A DNA stretch of 64,000 nucleotides from Leucoraja erinacea (Eukaryota). Under the pieces are notes generated by a model that had not been told where the DNA came from, searched no databases, and saw nothing but the letters and a program-made list of their open reading frames with translations. This document shows, piece after piece, positions 36,893 through 49,855 of this stretch. Every line of letters begins with the position of its first letter. Within the stretch, counting starts at the first letter, position 1. Where the stretch lies: assembly GCF_028641065.1 (NCBI RefSeq), contig NC_073377.1, positions 106,826,001 through 106,890,000 on the forward strand, written 5' to 3'. The translations under genes were made by a program, and so were the position numbers.

Positions 36893-39854
36893 AGTACTGT
36901 ACAACTTATTACTGTCAATGAATGCTGCTGCAGTATGTTGTTTTTGGCTGTCATCTTAATGCTCTGAATGCTTAGTCTGTCCACAAGCAAAACTGCACAA
37001 GTCCCTATTGATCAGTTTTCAATTAATGTGCGGCTGCCAGCACCTAACAATGCAGCTACACTTCGTGATTCCAGCCCTCAAATTATCTCTTTCACTCTGA
37101 CATGCTAGTAATGATATTTGTACTTCTATAGCATAGAAAAAGGGAAGCTGTGGGTAGTGAGAAAACACCCATTTAAAAATAATAACTGAAATCCATGCAG
37201 ATGAGGCACACAGCAGCATGGGGGGGAGGGGGGGGGGGGGGGGGTTGTGCCAAGGAAATCAAGAGATCTTCCTGTGCTACAGCCAGAAGAAGCTGCAAGG
37301 TGGCAACGGAACCATTTTCTTCATGGAATTGCACAGCCAAAAATCTGCAGCGATGTTGTACAAAACATCACACCTGTAGAGATATGGCAAGGTATGAATT
37401 GTAATATTTCAAGTACATTTCACATGTGATGCCTTTAGTTGCAACTTCAAACCACCTCAGAGGTCTCTTTGTCTTTATCATTGCAGCATCTCCAGACCGA
37501 CCAGCACATCCTCACTCTATGTAGCAAATAAGATCAAAGGGAGAGTAGCAGAAGACAGCAGCATTAGAGGGTTGAATTTGAGGTGGAAGAACAAAATGCT
37601 CTGTTGTGCCTGACACTACAAGTTGAGTTTAGTTTATTGTCACATGTACCGAGGTACAGTGAAAAGCTTTGCACCTGAAACACCTGTACAATCACTTGCC
37701 AGTTCTAAAAATGTTAGCACCACACAGAGGGATTTCCAGGCAGGAAAACTTGGGAACTATAATGAAAGACATGACCAGGTTAAAACAATGCTGTCATGAG
37801 GAGAAACATCAAGCAGTAGAAAGCTGCAATTTTCAGATGCAGGATACACAATTCCCAGAGAGTTTAGTCATGGAGATGCACAACACAGAAACAGGCCCTT
37901 TGGCCCACCAGATCCATGCCAACCTTTTTGCCCACCTTCTTTCCCCTGCACTTTCTCATATCCTCATAAGCCTTGACTATTTGGAGTGCCTATACCAATG
38001 TCTCCTTAAACTTAAACACAGTAATTGCATTTGACTCCACTACCTGTGGCAGCAAGTTCCAGATAGCAACCACCCTGTGTAAAAGTTTTTCCCTTAAGTC
38101 TCCTTCGAAACATTTTCTCCCATCTTAAACCTATGTCCAATTATATATGATATCCCTACCATGGGAACATATTTGTGACTATCCATCCTTTCCATGACTC
38201 TTAAAATGTTTGTGACTATCCATCCTCTTCCTTAGGAAAAACAAACCCAGTTTTTCTAATCTCCCCCCACAACAAAAGTCCACAGTCTAGGCGACATCCC
38301 TGGTGAATCTCTCATGTGTATTGATATTCACAGTGGGAATGCATACACAGGAAGGTAAAGGTGGTACAAAACATGGAGAAGTGTATCTTAGTTTATTCAG
38401 AGCCATGTGCTGGACTTGGGGGGGGGGGGGGGGGGGCACACAATTCCACGTTGCAGTTGCTAATGGACCAGATTTCTGCTTCTACAGGAACACAAATCGT
38501 GGCCACTTGTAGTCCCTTTGCTACCGAACACATCAGGCTGTTCCCATCAATGCTTTGATGGCTACCATCCACAAGTAAGTTGCTTTTACTCATGATTGGG
38601 ATTATGTCATCTGGAAAAGAATGGTTTCCACTGAGAGAAGATTGTTGGTCCATTTTGTTACCGTAGGCACCAAGAGAGGTTTTAACAGCAAATTATCCAC
38701 ATGGGTCATAGTAAAGGCCCAGACTTTTGCCAGCCCAATTCTACATGATTCCTATTGGCACTCCAAACTTTAATTTTCCATTGTTAAAAGTGCCGGTACA
38801 ACAAAGGGGATTCTTGCTGGATAACTTTGGACTTTCACTATTAATGATTGTGTTAATCAAACTGTCATGAATCATTTGTTCTCTTTAGAATGTTTTCATC
38901 ATGAAGTTATAGTTGCTTATGAGCTTTATATTGTTGACCAGTTTCCAATCTCAGTCATAAATTAAGGATCAATAGTCATCACTAGAAAACTAAATGTAAA
39001 AGTGTGATTATTTAAGGTAGAGCCATTGATTAGTACAAAGATATGTATAGTCGATGTAGCTAAAATAGATTATAACCCAATCAATGAGGCAAAATTTAAT
39101 TTATTTCATGGCCACCTTTTTTTAATGTTTTTTATAAAACAGGCAAAAATCTACAGAGATAATATTTTTGATATGATTTGCTCATATCAAATTTTCGTCT
39201 TGATTAGTACAAAGCAAAACTTTAATTAATGGTAGAAGTGTCACTTGAAAGAAAACTCAAATGTTTCATGTGTAATAGAATAAGATATATATCTCATTCC
39301 TTACGTGGGAAACAAGAGTAGGGTGTAAATGGTTCCTGACCCAAAACTGATTTCTGTTAATATCCAATTACCATACACTCCCTTTTTTTGGCATTGAAAT
39401 ATATTAGCTCTCAACTTCAGCATTTTCTGCATCAGACTAAAATGAGGAAAAGTATTTTTGGAGTATGAGCATAACACAATTAAAAATGCTCAGATCATAG
39501 AATACCAAGATAAAATTAATTAACCGCTGTAATTTCTTACTGCATTTATAATGACTACACTCTGAGGTGGTACAACGTAACTTTGTGCAAATGCTTACAC
39601 ACACATTCAGAACACCAGCCATATTTAAAAGGAGAAAGAATTAAAGAGCGGATGACTTTCAATCAACGATATCTCCAACCTGCTACATCTTTTTGTATGT
39701 GAAGATAAGTAGTTGAGAGAAATGCACATAGAAGATAGTAAATCCATTTTTTCCCCCCTTTATTACTTTATGAATCCTGTTTTTAAAATAAGCTAAGAAA
39801 TAAACCCGTTTTACCTCCTGGCTAAAGTTTTGGGCTCAACATTTAAGTTTGCAG

Positions 39855-40455
39855 GAAAAACAGTGCTGAAGGATCTCAACAGGTCAGGAAGCATCTATAG
39901 AAGGAATGGAGAGAGGGCGTTTTGGGTTTGGAGTCTTCTTCAGACTGATGGAGAAAGGATGAGATAACGGGAGAAGTGAGGCGGGTATGTTGGGCAAAGT
40001 TTGGAAAGTGTTAGACGATGAGGTGAACGGTGGTGGGATTGGCAGATTGGTGCAGTAAGTGACTAAGGCTAGAAGAGAAAATAAGTCAAAATAGTGACAG
40101 ATAGGAAATGACGAGGATGTGTGAAATGTGAAGCAGAGGGTGAGCTATTAGTGAAATGGGGAGAGAGGGACGGAAAAGAGAGGGGTTAAAAGGGAAATAG
40201 GAAACAGTGTTGGAAGATGAGTATACAGAGGTGGGGAAAGGAGCAGAATGCGGGGGCAGTGGGTGATAGTGGGGGAAATGTTCACACATAGGGGTGGAGA
40301 TCTGGTGGGAAAAGAAAGGGGGTACTTTGGGAGGGAGGGGCATTACTTGAAATTGGATAATACAATGTTCATACCATTGGTTTATTAACTATGCAAGTGG
40401 AATAAGAGGTTCTATTGTATCAGTTTGCATGTGGCCTCACACTGCAATGGAGAAG
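39855..40455 (-). mobile_element. Decayed Penelope-like 3' fragment
   Basis: Reverse-oriented TCTTCTTCAGACTGATG core, purine-rich tract and ORF end as in 19958-20352. Confidence 0.6.
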
Positions 40456-40694
40456 TAGCCATGTTAATGTTTTCTTGTGCCTCCATTTAGGTTTGCAGGT
40501 TACACCTTGTAAATCTTCATAACATTTCAGGCCATCAAACATGATTTGGAAGACTATTTGTTGTATTAACAAACTGTCTACTCAGTGTTTACTTCCTCAA
40601 TCCTCAGAAATAAGAACTTGAATGAGCCTTCCTTATAAGAAGAGGGGATTGTGTGAAAAAGTTGCCCCTCAAAATTGAGTGATCTTCCAGAGTT

Positions 40695-40995
40695 CCGCAG
40701 CGGCAGAGTTGCTACCTAATAGTGCCAGAGACCCGGGTTCAATCCTGACGATGAGTGCTATCTATATGGAGTCTGTACGTTATCCCCGTAACCTGCCTGG
40801 GTTTTCTCCGGGAGATTTGGTTTTCTCCCGCACTCCAAAGACATGCAGGTTTGTAGGTTAGTTGGTTTGGTAAAATTGTAAATTGTCTCTAGTGTGTGTA
40901 GGATAGTGCTAATGTGTGGGGATTGCTGGGCGGCGCGGACTCGGTGGGCCGAAGGGCCTGTTTCTGCGCTGTAACTATAAACTAAACTAAACTTA
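40695..40995 (+). mobile_element. HE1/V-SINE-type SINE
   Basis: GCAGCGGCAGAGTTG..CCCGGGTTCAATCC..GGGCCGAAGGGCCTGTTTCTGCGCTG and (CTAAA)n. Confidence 0.85.
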
Positions 40996-41046
40996 ATGAG
41001 ACATGAAACCAATCCACCATCGACTATGGTACTGTATGAAAAAGAG

Positions 41047-41251
41047 ATAGAAACAAAAAGCTAGAGTAACTCAGCGGGACAGGCAGCATCTCTTGATAAA
41101 AGTAATGGATGACGTTTTGGGTGGAGACCCTTCTTCAGTCTGAAGGGCCACCCATTCCTTCTCTCCAGAGGTACTGCCTGTCCCACTGAGTTACTCCAGC
41201 ATGTTGTGCCTAACTTGGGTGCACACCAGCATCTGCAGTTCCTTCCTACAT
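41047..41251. mobile_element. Fold-back Penelope terminal fragment
   Basis: Inverted pair around CTTCAGTCTGAAG; flanks TGTATGAAAAAGA and TGTATGAAGAAGA. Confidence 0.75.
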
Positions 41252-42499
41252 TGTATGAAGAAGAATATGGGAGCATGCTTTAGTTTGCGGGACATCTACC
41301 ACCAAGATCACCTATTTTTCATCACCTCAGTGTTAGTTGGTGATTTGTTGTGGGCACTTGGTCTTAAAATTACTGCAGTTCACAAAGAACATTATTGGCT
41401 ATAAAATGCAGAACAAGACAAAAAGGCATATTCACAATTTGTAGCATCTTCCCATCCTTTCCTCAACAGGTTGGCAGGGAATTCATTTACTGGAAATTAG
41501 GGAAGAGTCTACGAATAAGACAGAAAGCACCTTTGCTTACATTTGTACATCACATTACATTCACCAGGCTTCCATTTGGTATGTACCCTCAGGCTGACCT
41601 TCTTGCAAGAAGCTTCAATTTATTTTCTCCATAGGATATTCTGCTACTTTCCCCGTGCTAGATCTAGAAGGATAAAGCCACAAATGGACAAATGAAATTT
41701 CTATTGAAGTAGCAGCAATATTTTCCTGTTACGGTACAGTTAGTTTTTTGGCCAACCATGTCATCTCTGGGTGCCCGCTCTACCACCCACCAAATGGAGC
41801 TCAGGGCCTGGCAGACATTGACGTAGAGACAACAACCTGGCCACTCAACACCCAGCTTGAGATCTAACTATTCCTTTGGTTTATGTTTCATTTGCAAGAA
41901 CAAGAAGCCGTTCAAAATTGTGATGATTTTCCAGAGTAAGAAAATTATCTCAATACCAAACTTCAGAAGGGATTCTGCCAATGATTATGATTTTTCAACA
42001 ATATTGAAGTTTCAGAGATTACGACGTGGCAACAGTTAGAGGTAGAAAATACTGTCGTGCAAAGGTAGCAAGACCAAAGCCATTGTTCACAGTAATTTGC
42101 TCCACAGATGTTTTGAGATGGAAGGTTTTACTTGAACAGTTCATCAGCCCGCATTCAATCTATGTTTCTGTCATCAATGATTGTCGGTAGCATTGAAGAC
42201 ATGGAGCCCATATTGTGTTACAGAGAGCAACAGTGGGGGATACATGGGCTGAACTGTCTGCCAGCTTGTTCCAAATGAAACAATTCAGAGCTTGGTAGAA
42301 ATCAGCGAAATGTGAAATAGAATGGTTATTGGCCGTAAAAAGGTAGATTACTCAATTTTAAGTGTACCAGTCATTACCCTTTGGAGAACATGATACAATT
42401 GCCAACTATTCACCAACCAATAATTTCAGCTTGACACTTATCACATTGAGCAATTTTCAACTAAGAATTATATGTCAATTTTTTTGGCAATATATTTTG

Positions 42500-42830
42500 T
42501 ACAGCTGGTCGAGCTGCTGCCTCATAGTTCCAATAACCCGAGTCCAACCCTGACATCAGGCGCTATCTGTGTGGAGTTTGCATGTTCTTTTAGACTATGC
42601 GGGTTTCCCCCAGGTGCCTCCCACAGACTTGTGACATGCTGGTTGGTAGGTTAATTGGCCACTGTGAATTATTCCCAGAGTGCAAGTAAGTGGTAGAATC
42701 TGGGAAGAGATGACAATGCAAGGAACATTTTTTTAAAGTGGGATAAATGTAGGTTGCTGGCAGTAGATGCAGATGCAATGGGTGGAAGGGCTATTTCTAT
42801 AAAATATATATTTTTGTCTCTATGACTATA
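42500..42830 (+). mobile_element. Older HE1/V-SINE-type SINE
   Basis: CTGTGTGGAGTTTGCATGTTC core and GTAGGTTAATTGGC. Confidence 0.6.
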
Positions 42831-43380
42831 ATGATATCTCAATAAGACCAGGACCAATTTAATTGACTATTGAATGAGAGAGAAATTAATTGAAGCATTT
42901 TGCCTGAATATATTCTACCCATGAAAGGTTGTAAATGTGCAGATGATGGATTGGGAAACATAACGCATGCAATAGACATTAATATAAATGTTGCAGCTGT
43001 GCGGTGCTACTGCTTCATTAGGTGGGAAAACCAGTCAATTATAAACACGGCAGAGCTTCTCTAATTAAACATATGTCCTCTTTAACAGAATGATCCAAGC
43101 ACATTTTATAAAAGTTAGTATTTTTTCAAGTGTCTTGCAAATCAGCATTTTGTAGTTTCTATAATAATAATGGTATTTTGAGAACAATGTCCTCTCCTAA
43201 AAACCAGCATTCAACATTGATTTGAACAGCGTAGCCCACAAAATTCACTCTTTAGACATCACAATATCAAAAAAGACTGATAAATTTAATTGAAGTCTGA
43301 TATTGGAACCATAAAGTCTTCTGCTGATGTGGGTGATGTTGGATAGGAAAAAGGAAATAGCTTGGAAGGTAAGGTAATGG

Positions 43381-43426
43381 TATTGGTATTGGTATTGGTA
43401 TTGGTATTGGTATTGGTATTGGTATT
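43381..43426. repeat. (TATTGG)n microsatellite
   Basis: About 7.5 perfect hexamer units. Confidence 0.95.
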
Positions 43427-43765
43427 GCTTACCAGCCAAAAATAATGTCCTCACCCTTCACAGAGATACTGGAAATGGTTGTGGTGACCCGACGGAGGAG
43501 TGGGCTGCTGGAAGCACTGCAACAGCCTGGCGTTTGGCTGGACTGGGCACCGCTCCAAGAGGCCGAGCATGTGGACTGGACGCAGCCTACAGTGGTGGAG
43601 CAGCAGCGGAGGACACCACGGCTATGCTCGACCAGGCCAGGAATTTGAACATGACAAAATGGCACCAAACACAGCAGCGCTGGCACATTATATGCAATAT
43701 GAATTTCACTATGTAATGTCTAATTGCATATGTGACCATAAATAAACATCCATCTATATCCATAT

Positions 43766-46700
43766 AGTTATGATATCGTGGCCATTACGGAGACATGGCT
43801 GCAAGGGGATCAGGACTGGGAGTTAAATATAGAGGGGTACTCGACAATTAGGAAAGATAGACAGGAAAGAAAGGGAGGAGGGGTGGCCCTTTTAATAAGG
43901 GAGGGAATAACGGCAATAGAGAGGAAGGATATTGCGTTGAAGGATCAGGATAGTGAAACAGCTTGGGTACAGATAGAGAATAATAAGGGGAAAAAAACAC
44001 TAGTGGGTGTAATTTATAGACCTCCAAATAGCTGTGACGCTGTTAGTCAGAACATAAATCTGCAAATAGTTGACGCATGTAAAAAGGGAACTGCTGTAAT
44101 CATGGGGGACTTCAATTTTCATATTAATTGGGCAAACCAAACTGGGCAGGGTAGACTAGAGGAAGAGTTTATAGAAAGTATTAGAGACGGGTTCCTAGAA
44201 CAGTATGTCACAGAACCGACAAGGGGGGAGGCAATCTTGGATCTGGTCCTGTGTAATCAAGCAGGATTAATTAAAAATGTCATAGTTAGGGACTCGTTGG
44301 GAACAAGTGACCACAATATGGTCGAATTCCATATTCAAATAGAAGGGGAGCAGGTTGAAACTCAGGCTAGGGTGCTTAGTCTAAATAAGGGGGATTATGA
44401 AGGTATGAGGACTGAGCTGATCAAAGTTGACTGGGATAGCAGACTCAAGAATAAGACGGTACATGAGCAGTGGTGTACGTTTAAGGGTATACTGTATAAC
44501 CTTCAAGAAAAATTTATTCCTATGAAGAAAAAAAGGGGTAAGGGTAAGAACAGTCAGCCATGGCTCAGTAAAACTATAAAGGATAGTATTCGGCTGAAGG
44601 CAAGGGCATATAAGGTAGCCAGAGATAGTGGGGGGGTAGAGGATTGGGAAGCATTTAAAGGTCAGCAAAAAATAACTAAGAGATTAATTAAGACGGGGAA
44701 AATAGACTATGAAAGGAATTTAGCGAACAACATAAAAACTAATAGTAAGAGTTTTTATAGCTATATAAAAAGAAAAAGGGTGGCTAAGGTGAACGTTGGT
44801 CCATTGGAGGGTGAGACTGGAGAGTTGTTGGTGGGGAACATGGAAATGGCAAAGGCATTAAACGAGTATTTTGTATCAGTCTTCACCATAGAAGACACAA
44901 AAAATATTCCAACGCTGGATATAAACAGGGGGCGGTAGGAATGGAGGAGCTAAATACTATTAAGATCACCAAGGAGGTGGTATTAGGGAAATTAATGAGA
45001 CTGAAGGAGGATAAATCCCCTGGGCCTGATGGATTACATCCAAGGGTCTTGAGGGAGATAGCGGTGGGGATTGTGGATGCATTGGTGATAATTTTCCAAA
45101 ACTCCCTGGAGGCAGGAACGGTCCCAGTGGATTGGAAAATGGCCAATGTAACACCTATATTTAAAAAAGGAAGTAAACAGAAGGCGGGTAACTATAGACC
45201 GGTTAGTCTAACATCGGTGGTGGGTAAAATGTTAGAGACAATTATTAAAGAAACACTAACGGGGCACTTGGATAAACATGACTTCATCGGACAGAACCAA
45301 CATGGTTTTGTGAAGGGGAAGTCCTGTTTAACGAATCTGCTCGAATTCTTTGAGGAAGTAACAACCCGGGTGGATAAAGGGGAACCGGTGGATGTGGTAT
45401 ACTTGGACTTCCAAAAGGCTTTTGACAAGGTGCCACATAAGAGACTATTGCTAAAAATAAAAAAAATTATGGGATTGGGGGTAATATATTAGCATGGGTA
45501 GAGGATTGGCTAACAAATAGGAAGCAGAGAGTGGGGATAAATGGTTCATACTCGGGATGGCAACCGGTAACTAGCGGGGTTCCGCAAGGGTCGGTGCTGG
45601 GACCCCAGTTGTTCACAATTTATATAAATGATTTGGAGGAGGGAACCAAGTGTAATATATCAAAATTTGCGGACGATACAAAAATGGGAGGAAAAGTAGG
45701 GGATGAGGAGGATAGGAAGAGTCTGCAAAAGGATATAGATAAGCTAGGTGAGTGGGCAACAACTTGGCAGATGAAATTTAATACTAATAAATGTGAAGTC
45801 ATTCACTTTGGGAAAAAAAATGATAGGGCAAGTTATTTTCTAAATGAGGAGGAGCTGCGTTGTAATGCAACGCAAAGGGATCTAGGGGCATTAGTACATG
45901 AATCACTGAAAGTTAGTATGCAGGTGCAGCAAGCAATCAGGAAGGCCAATGGAGTTTTGGCCTTTATTGCTAGGGGGATTGAGTATAAAAACACGGAGGT
46001 CTTGCTGCAGCTGTACACAGTATTAGTGAGACCACATTTGGAATACTGTGTACAGTTCTGGGGTCCATACTTAAGAAAGGATGTACTAGCCCTGGAGGCA
46101 GTGCAGCGAAGGTTTACAAGATTAATTCCTGCAATGAGGGGATTGACATATGAGGAAGGTTAAGTAGGCTGGAACTCTACTCTTTGGAGTTTAGAAGAAT
46201 GAGAGGCGATCTCATTGAAACATATAAGATCGTGAGGGGCCTTGATCGGGTGGATGCACCGAGGATGTTCCCAATGATCGGGGAAACTAGAACTAGGGGA
46301 CATAGTTGCAGAATAAGGGGGGGCTCTTTTAAAACTGAGATGAGGAAGAACTTCTTCACCCAGAGGGTGGTTAATTTATGGAATTCACTGCCCCAGGGAG
46401 CAGTGGAAGCAGAAACTTTAAATATATTTAAGACTAAAATAGATGTTTTTTTAGCTGCCAAGGGGATAAGGGGCTACGGGGAGAGGGCAGGGATATGGAC
46501 CTAGGTATGGTTAGTATAGTAAGACCTGAGTGATCTCCTGGACAAGTGTCGATCGCCTAGATTGGGGTCGGAGAGGAATTTCCCGGATTTTTTTCCCCGA
46601 ATTGGACCTGGGTTTTTATCCGGTTTTTTGCCTCCCCCAGGAGATCACGAGGTTCTTGGGGTGGAGAGGGGTGATAGCGGTATAAAGGGGAGGGTAGTGT

Positions 46701-46834
46701 CTTGTGTTCTGTGTCTTGTGTCTACTGTTTGTGGGTAAGTGTGTCTGTTTAGTGTTCAGCCATGAGCGAATGGCGGTGCGGGCTCGATGGACCTGGTGGT
46801 CTGCTCTCGCACCTACTTTCTATGTTTCTATGTT
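43766..46834 (+). mobile_element. Young CR1 LINE with nearly complete ORF2 (APE endonuclease and RT) and three frameshifts
   Basis: AITETWL, GDFNF, SDHNMV (APE); SPGPDG, YLDFQKAFDKVPH, GVPQGSVLGP, FADDTK (RT); (TTTCTATG)n tail; 13-bp TSD TCTATATCCATAT at 43753-43765 and 46835-46847. Confidence 0.95.
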
Positions 46835-48191
46835 TCTATATCCATATCTACTCATAGCCATGGTATTTATGGGATTTATTCAGATGAGTTTTTGGTCATT
46901 ATCTTTCCCCAGGGTGTTGATAGTGGGTGACTCAGTGACAGGAGTACCATTGACTATCAAGGACATGTTGCTGGACTCACCCTCATTGGAAATAGATATT
47001 GTGTAGCAATTGTATGGCAGCGATATTATTTGGCACTTTGTAGCCCATGCCTAAATGGTCTCGATGCATTCAGGCATGAACTAATTCATTTCCTGAGGAG
47101 TTAGGAATGGAATTGAAAATTATGCAATCATCAGGAAATATCCCCATCTCTGATCTTATAGAGTCAACATGCCCTTTGGCCCAGCTTGTCCATGCCGACC
47201 AAGGAGACTTTCAATAACCACACCAATCTACTTCTAAACAAGAAATGACCTAAACTATAGGTGTGTTTTCCTCTGGATGCCCGTTAACTTCAGTTTCATT
47301 GTTGGTCAAAGAGTACCTTTAGGTCAAGGACAGTCACTTTCCCGTCAATGCTGAAATTCAGTTATTTGAGTAATGTTTGGACAAAGCTATGATGACCCAA
47401 TGGTCTTGGGGAGACCCAGGCTAGGCATCGGAAAACCGGTGAGTACTTATAACTTAATGGTACTGTTGGCAGTACCTTCCATCACTTTACTGACGATTCA
47501 GAGTCAACTCAATCAGTAGTAATTAGCTAGGTTTAATTTGTCCTGCCTTTTGATTTATAGAAAATAACTATGTAATTATCCATATGGATGGGTAGATATC
47601 AGTGTTGAATCTCTACTGGACAATTTGGTAGAATCACAGCTAGTTCTAGTCTGCCATCATTCTGTACCACAGCCAGGATATTGTCAGATTCCAAATTTCT
47701 ATTTATTGCAGTGCTTTTGTTCCTTATTGACATCATATGGAGTGAATTGAATTGGCTGAAGTCCAACTTCTGCAGCAGTGTGAATCTCAGAAAGCAGTCA
47801 AAATTGATCATCTGTAATGCTTCTACTTAAATAGGATGGCTTCAGCAAAAGGCTACTAAGATGTAACAGTTTTAAATTTGCTCCTCTAACCTAGAATACC
47901 CATTTGTAAAATGCCATCCCTTTTATCTACCAAGGGAATTCATGACTACACGACTCCTGGCAATCTACATATCCACCAAAACTAATGCCAAGATGGCACT
48001 GGATAAATTATACTCAGTCATCAATTATTTTGAAACATCAAGCCCTGATGCCCTATTCATCATTGTTGGTCACTTCAATCAAGCTAACTTCAGGAATCTA
48101 CTCGCCAGCTACGATTAGCATAGCTCCTGCACCACATGGGTTGTTCACACTCGTGACCCCTGCTACAATATTGAGTCTGCCTATCGCTCTA

Positions 48192-48520
48192 TAGCCCTGT
48201 CTCACGGTGCGAGTCCACCCACGAGTGATCCCGAGTGAAAGAAAAAATCAAACTCGTGGTTGTCTACGAGATTCCAAGTTTATGTTCACGAGTTTAAACG
48301 AGTTCCCACGTGTATGTCTAAGTTTGCCGTTTACTTCTCATTTCTGCGATGTACCAAGTTCCTCTCCTGAGTTACTCTTGAGCCAACAACGACTACCGAC
48401 GTGTGGAAAAATGATCACATGGATAAATATGTCATGCAGTTTTTTTTTTAACTATAAAAAGCCTCCCATGACCATGGACAGAACTGCCCCGATGATCAAC
48501 TTCTCCGTGTCTCTTATGTA
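48192..48520. mobile_element. Partial Harbinger-like element, inserted next to a decayed LINE endonuclease fragment (~47950-48190)
   Basis: Starts GCCCTGTCTCAC, similar to the GGCCTGTCCCAC terminus; repeated ACGAGT/ACGAG motifs; second TIR not seen. Confidence 0.5.
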
Positions 48521-48915
48521 GCTGCATGCTTCTCTTGTCATGTAATTAACTGCTTTTATCAAATCCTTGCCTATCAGTGCTACAATGCAATAAATGGCAT
48601 TTAAAGTACTTGGCTGTCAAAAAAGCGCAAAACGTAAAGGTGTTTAAGAACTGGACTGCAGGGAGAACTTCAAAGCTTTTGTAAATCGATTAAATTCAAG
48701 TAGAAGTTAAACTCAAGATTTAAATCCCCTGAAAGTTAGGTTTCTTAACACAGGATAGATGTTCTGCTAGAACGGAGTTGCTGAATAAAATCGTCTCGCG
48801 GTTTCCTCCGTTTCTTGCATGATCTCGGCTTGCCAGCTTTATTTCACATTCCGTGATCTGTGTAATGTATATGTGTAAAATAATAAACTGACCAAGAAGG
48901 TCCAGTGTTCTCACC

Positions 48916-49206
48916 AGTTAGTATAGTTTAGAGATACAGAGAGGAAACAGGCCCTTCGGACCACCGGATCCACGCCGACCAGTGATCCCCGCACACTAAC
49001 ACCATCCTACACCCACTATGGACATTTTAACATTCATCAAGCCAATTAACCTACAAACCTGTACGTCTTTGGAGTGTGGGGTGATCTCGGAGAAAACCCA
49101 TACATGTCCCGGGGAGAACTACAAACTCAGTACAGACAGCACCCGTAGTCGGGATCGAACCCGGGTCTCCAACGCTGCATTCGCTGTCAGGCAGCTGCAC
49201 CACCGT
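48916..49206 (-). mobile_element. HE1/V-SINE-type SINE
   Basis: Near copy of 31880-32190. Confidence 0.85.
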
Positions 49207-49233
49207 GAATAAAGGCCTGTTTTAAGTATCAAA

Positions 49234-49818
49234 TAGAGGAGCAAGAAGGTGATCAAGGCGGAGAAAGTGTAGGGGCCAATGCCCAGGTAGTCCAACTCGC
49301 AGGAGTACAGGTCCACCATGACGATGCCGTGGCCGCGGTGAGCTTTGGGGGAGGTGCAGGTGACATTGGTGACCAGGCGAGGGATGTAGACCGTGGTCTG
49401 ATTGATCCACCACACGAACCACCTGGCGTCGCAGGTGCAGAGAAAGTGGTTGCCGCTTAGCCGCAGCTCCCGAAGGTGTTTGATGGCGCTGTCCGGGAAA
49501 CTGGAGGCCTGGATGGTCTTCAGGTTGTTGTAGCTGAGATCCAGGCACTGCAGGGAGGTCACATCCCGCAGGAAGTCCTTGGCCAGCTTGGAGATCTGCT
49601 TGCAGGTGAGGTTGAAGATACAGCGTCTGGGTGCAGTTGGACAGCATGCGAGGCACCGTGGTCAACAGGTTGCTACCAAGGTTCAGCAGCTCCAACCAGC
49701 CTAGCAGGTAAAGCCTGTCCCAGTTGAAGCTCCACAGCTGGTTACCGCTCAGCGCAAGCTCCTTGAGTAGCGGGGGCTGGTGGTCAAACATGTCGTGCGG
49801 CATGAACACGAGTTTCTT
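49234..49818 (-). pseudogene. TLR7: Toll-like receptor 7-like fragment: last LRRs, LRR-CT and start of the transmembrane helix; frameshifted
   Basis: LVFMPHDMFDHQPPLLKELALSGNQLWSFNWDRL..LTTVPRMLSNCTQTL [frameshift ~49620] QISKLAKDFLRDVTSLQCLDLSYNNLKTIQASSFP..NHFLCTCDARWFVWWINQTTVYIPRLVTNVTCTSPKAHRG..DLYSCELD closely parallels vertebrate TLR7 (LTTVPERLSNCSRSL..FLCTCDAVWFVWWVNHT..LDLYTCELD). No N-terminal LRRs or TIR domain in the window. Confidence 0.88.
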
Positions 49819-49855
49819 CCCCTAATCGGTGACCAGGAAATGAGATGGGTCATGG

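Noticed and set aside
43245-43454. ORF with a QYQYQY repeat
   Set aside because: Translation of the (TATTGG)n microsatellite.
49119-49809. Functional TLR7 gene
   Set aside because: Internal frameshift, no N-terminal LRRs or TIR domain, and the ORF end runs into a SINE.
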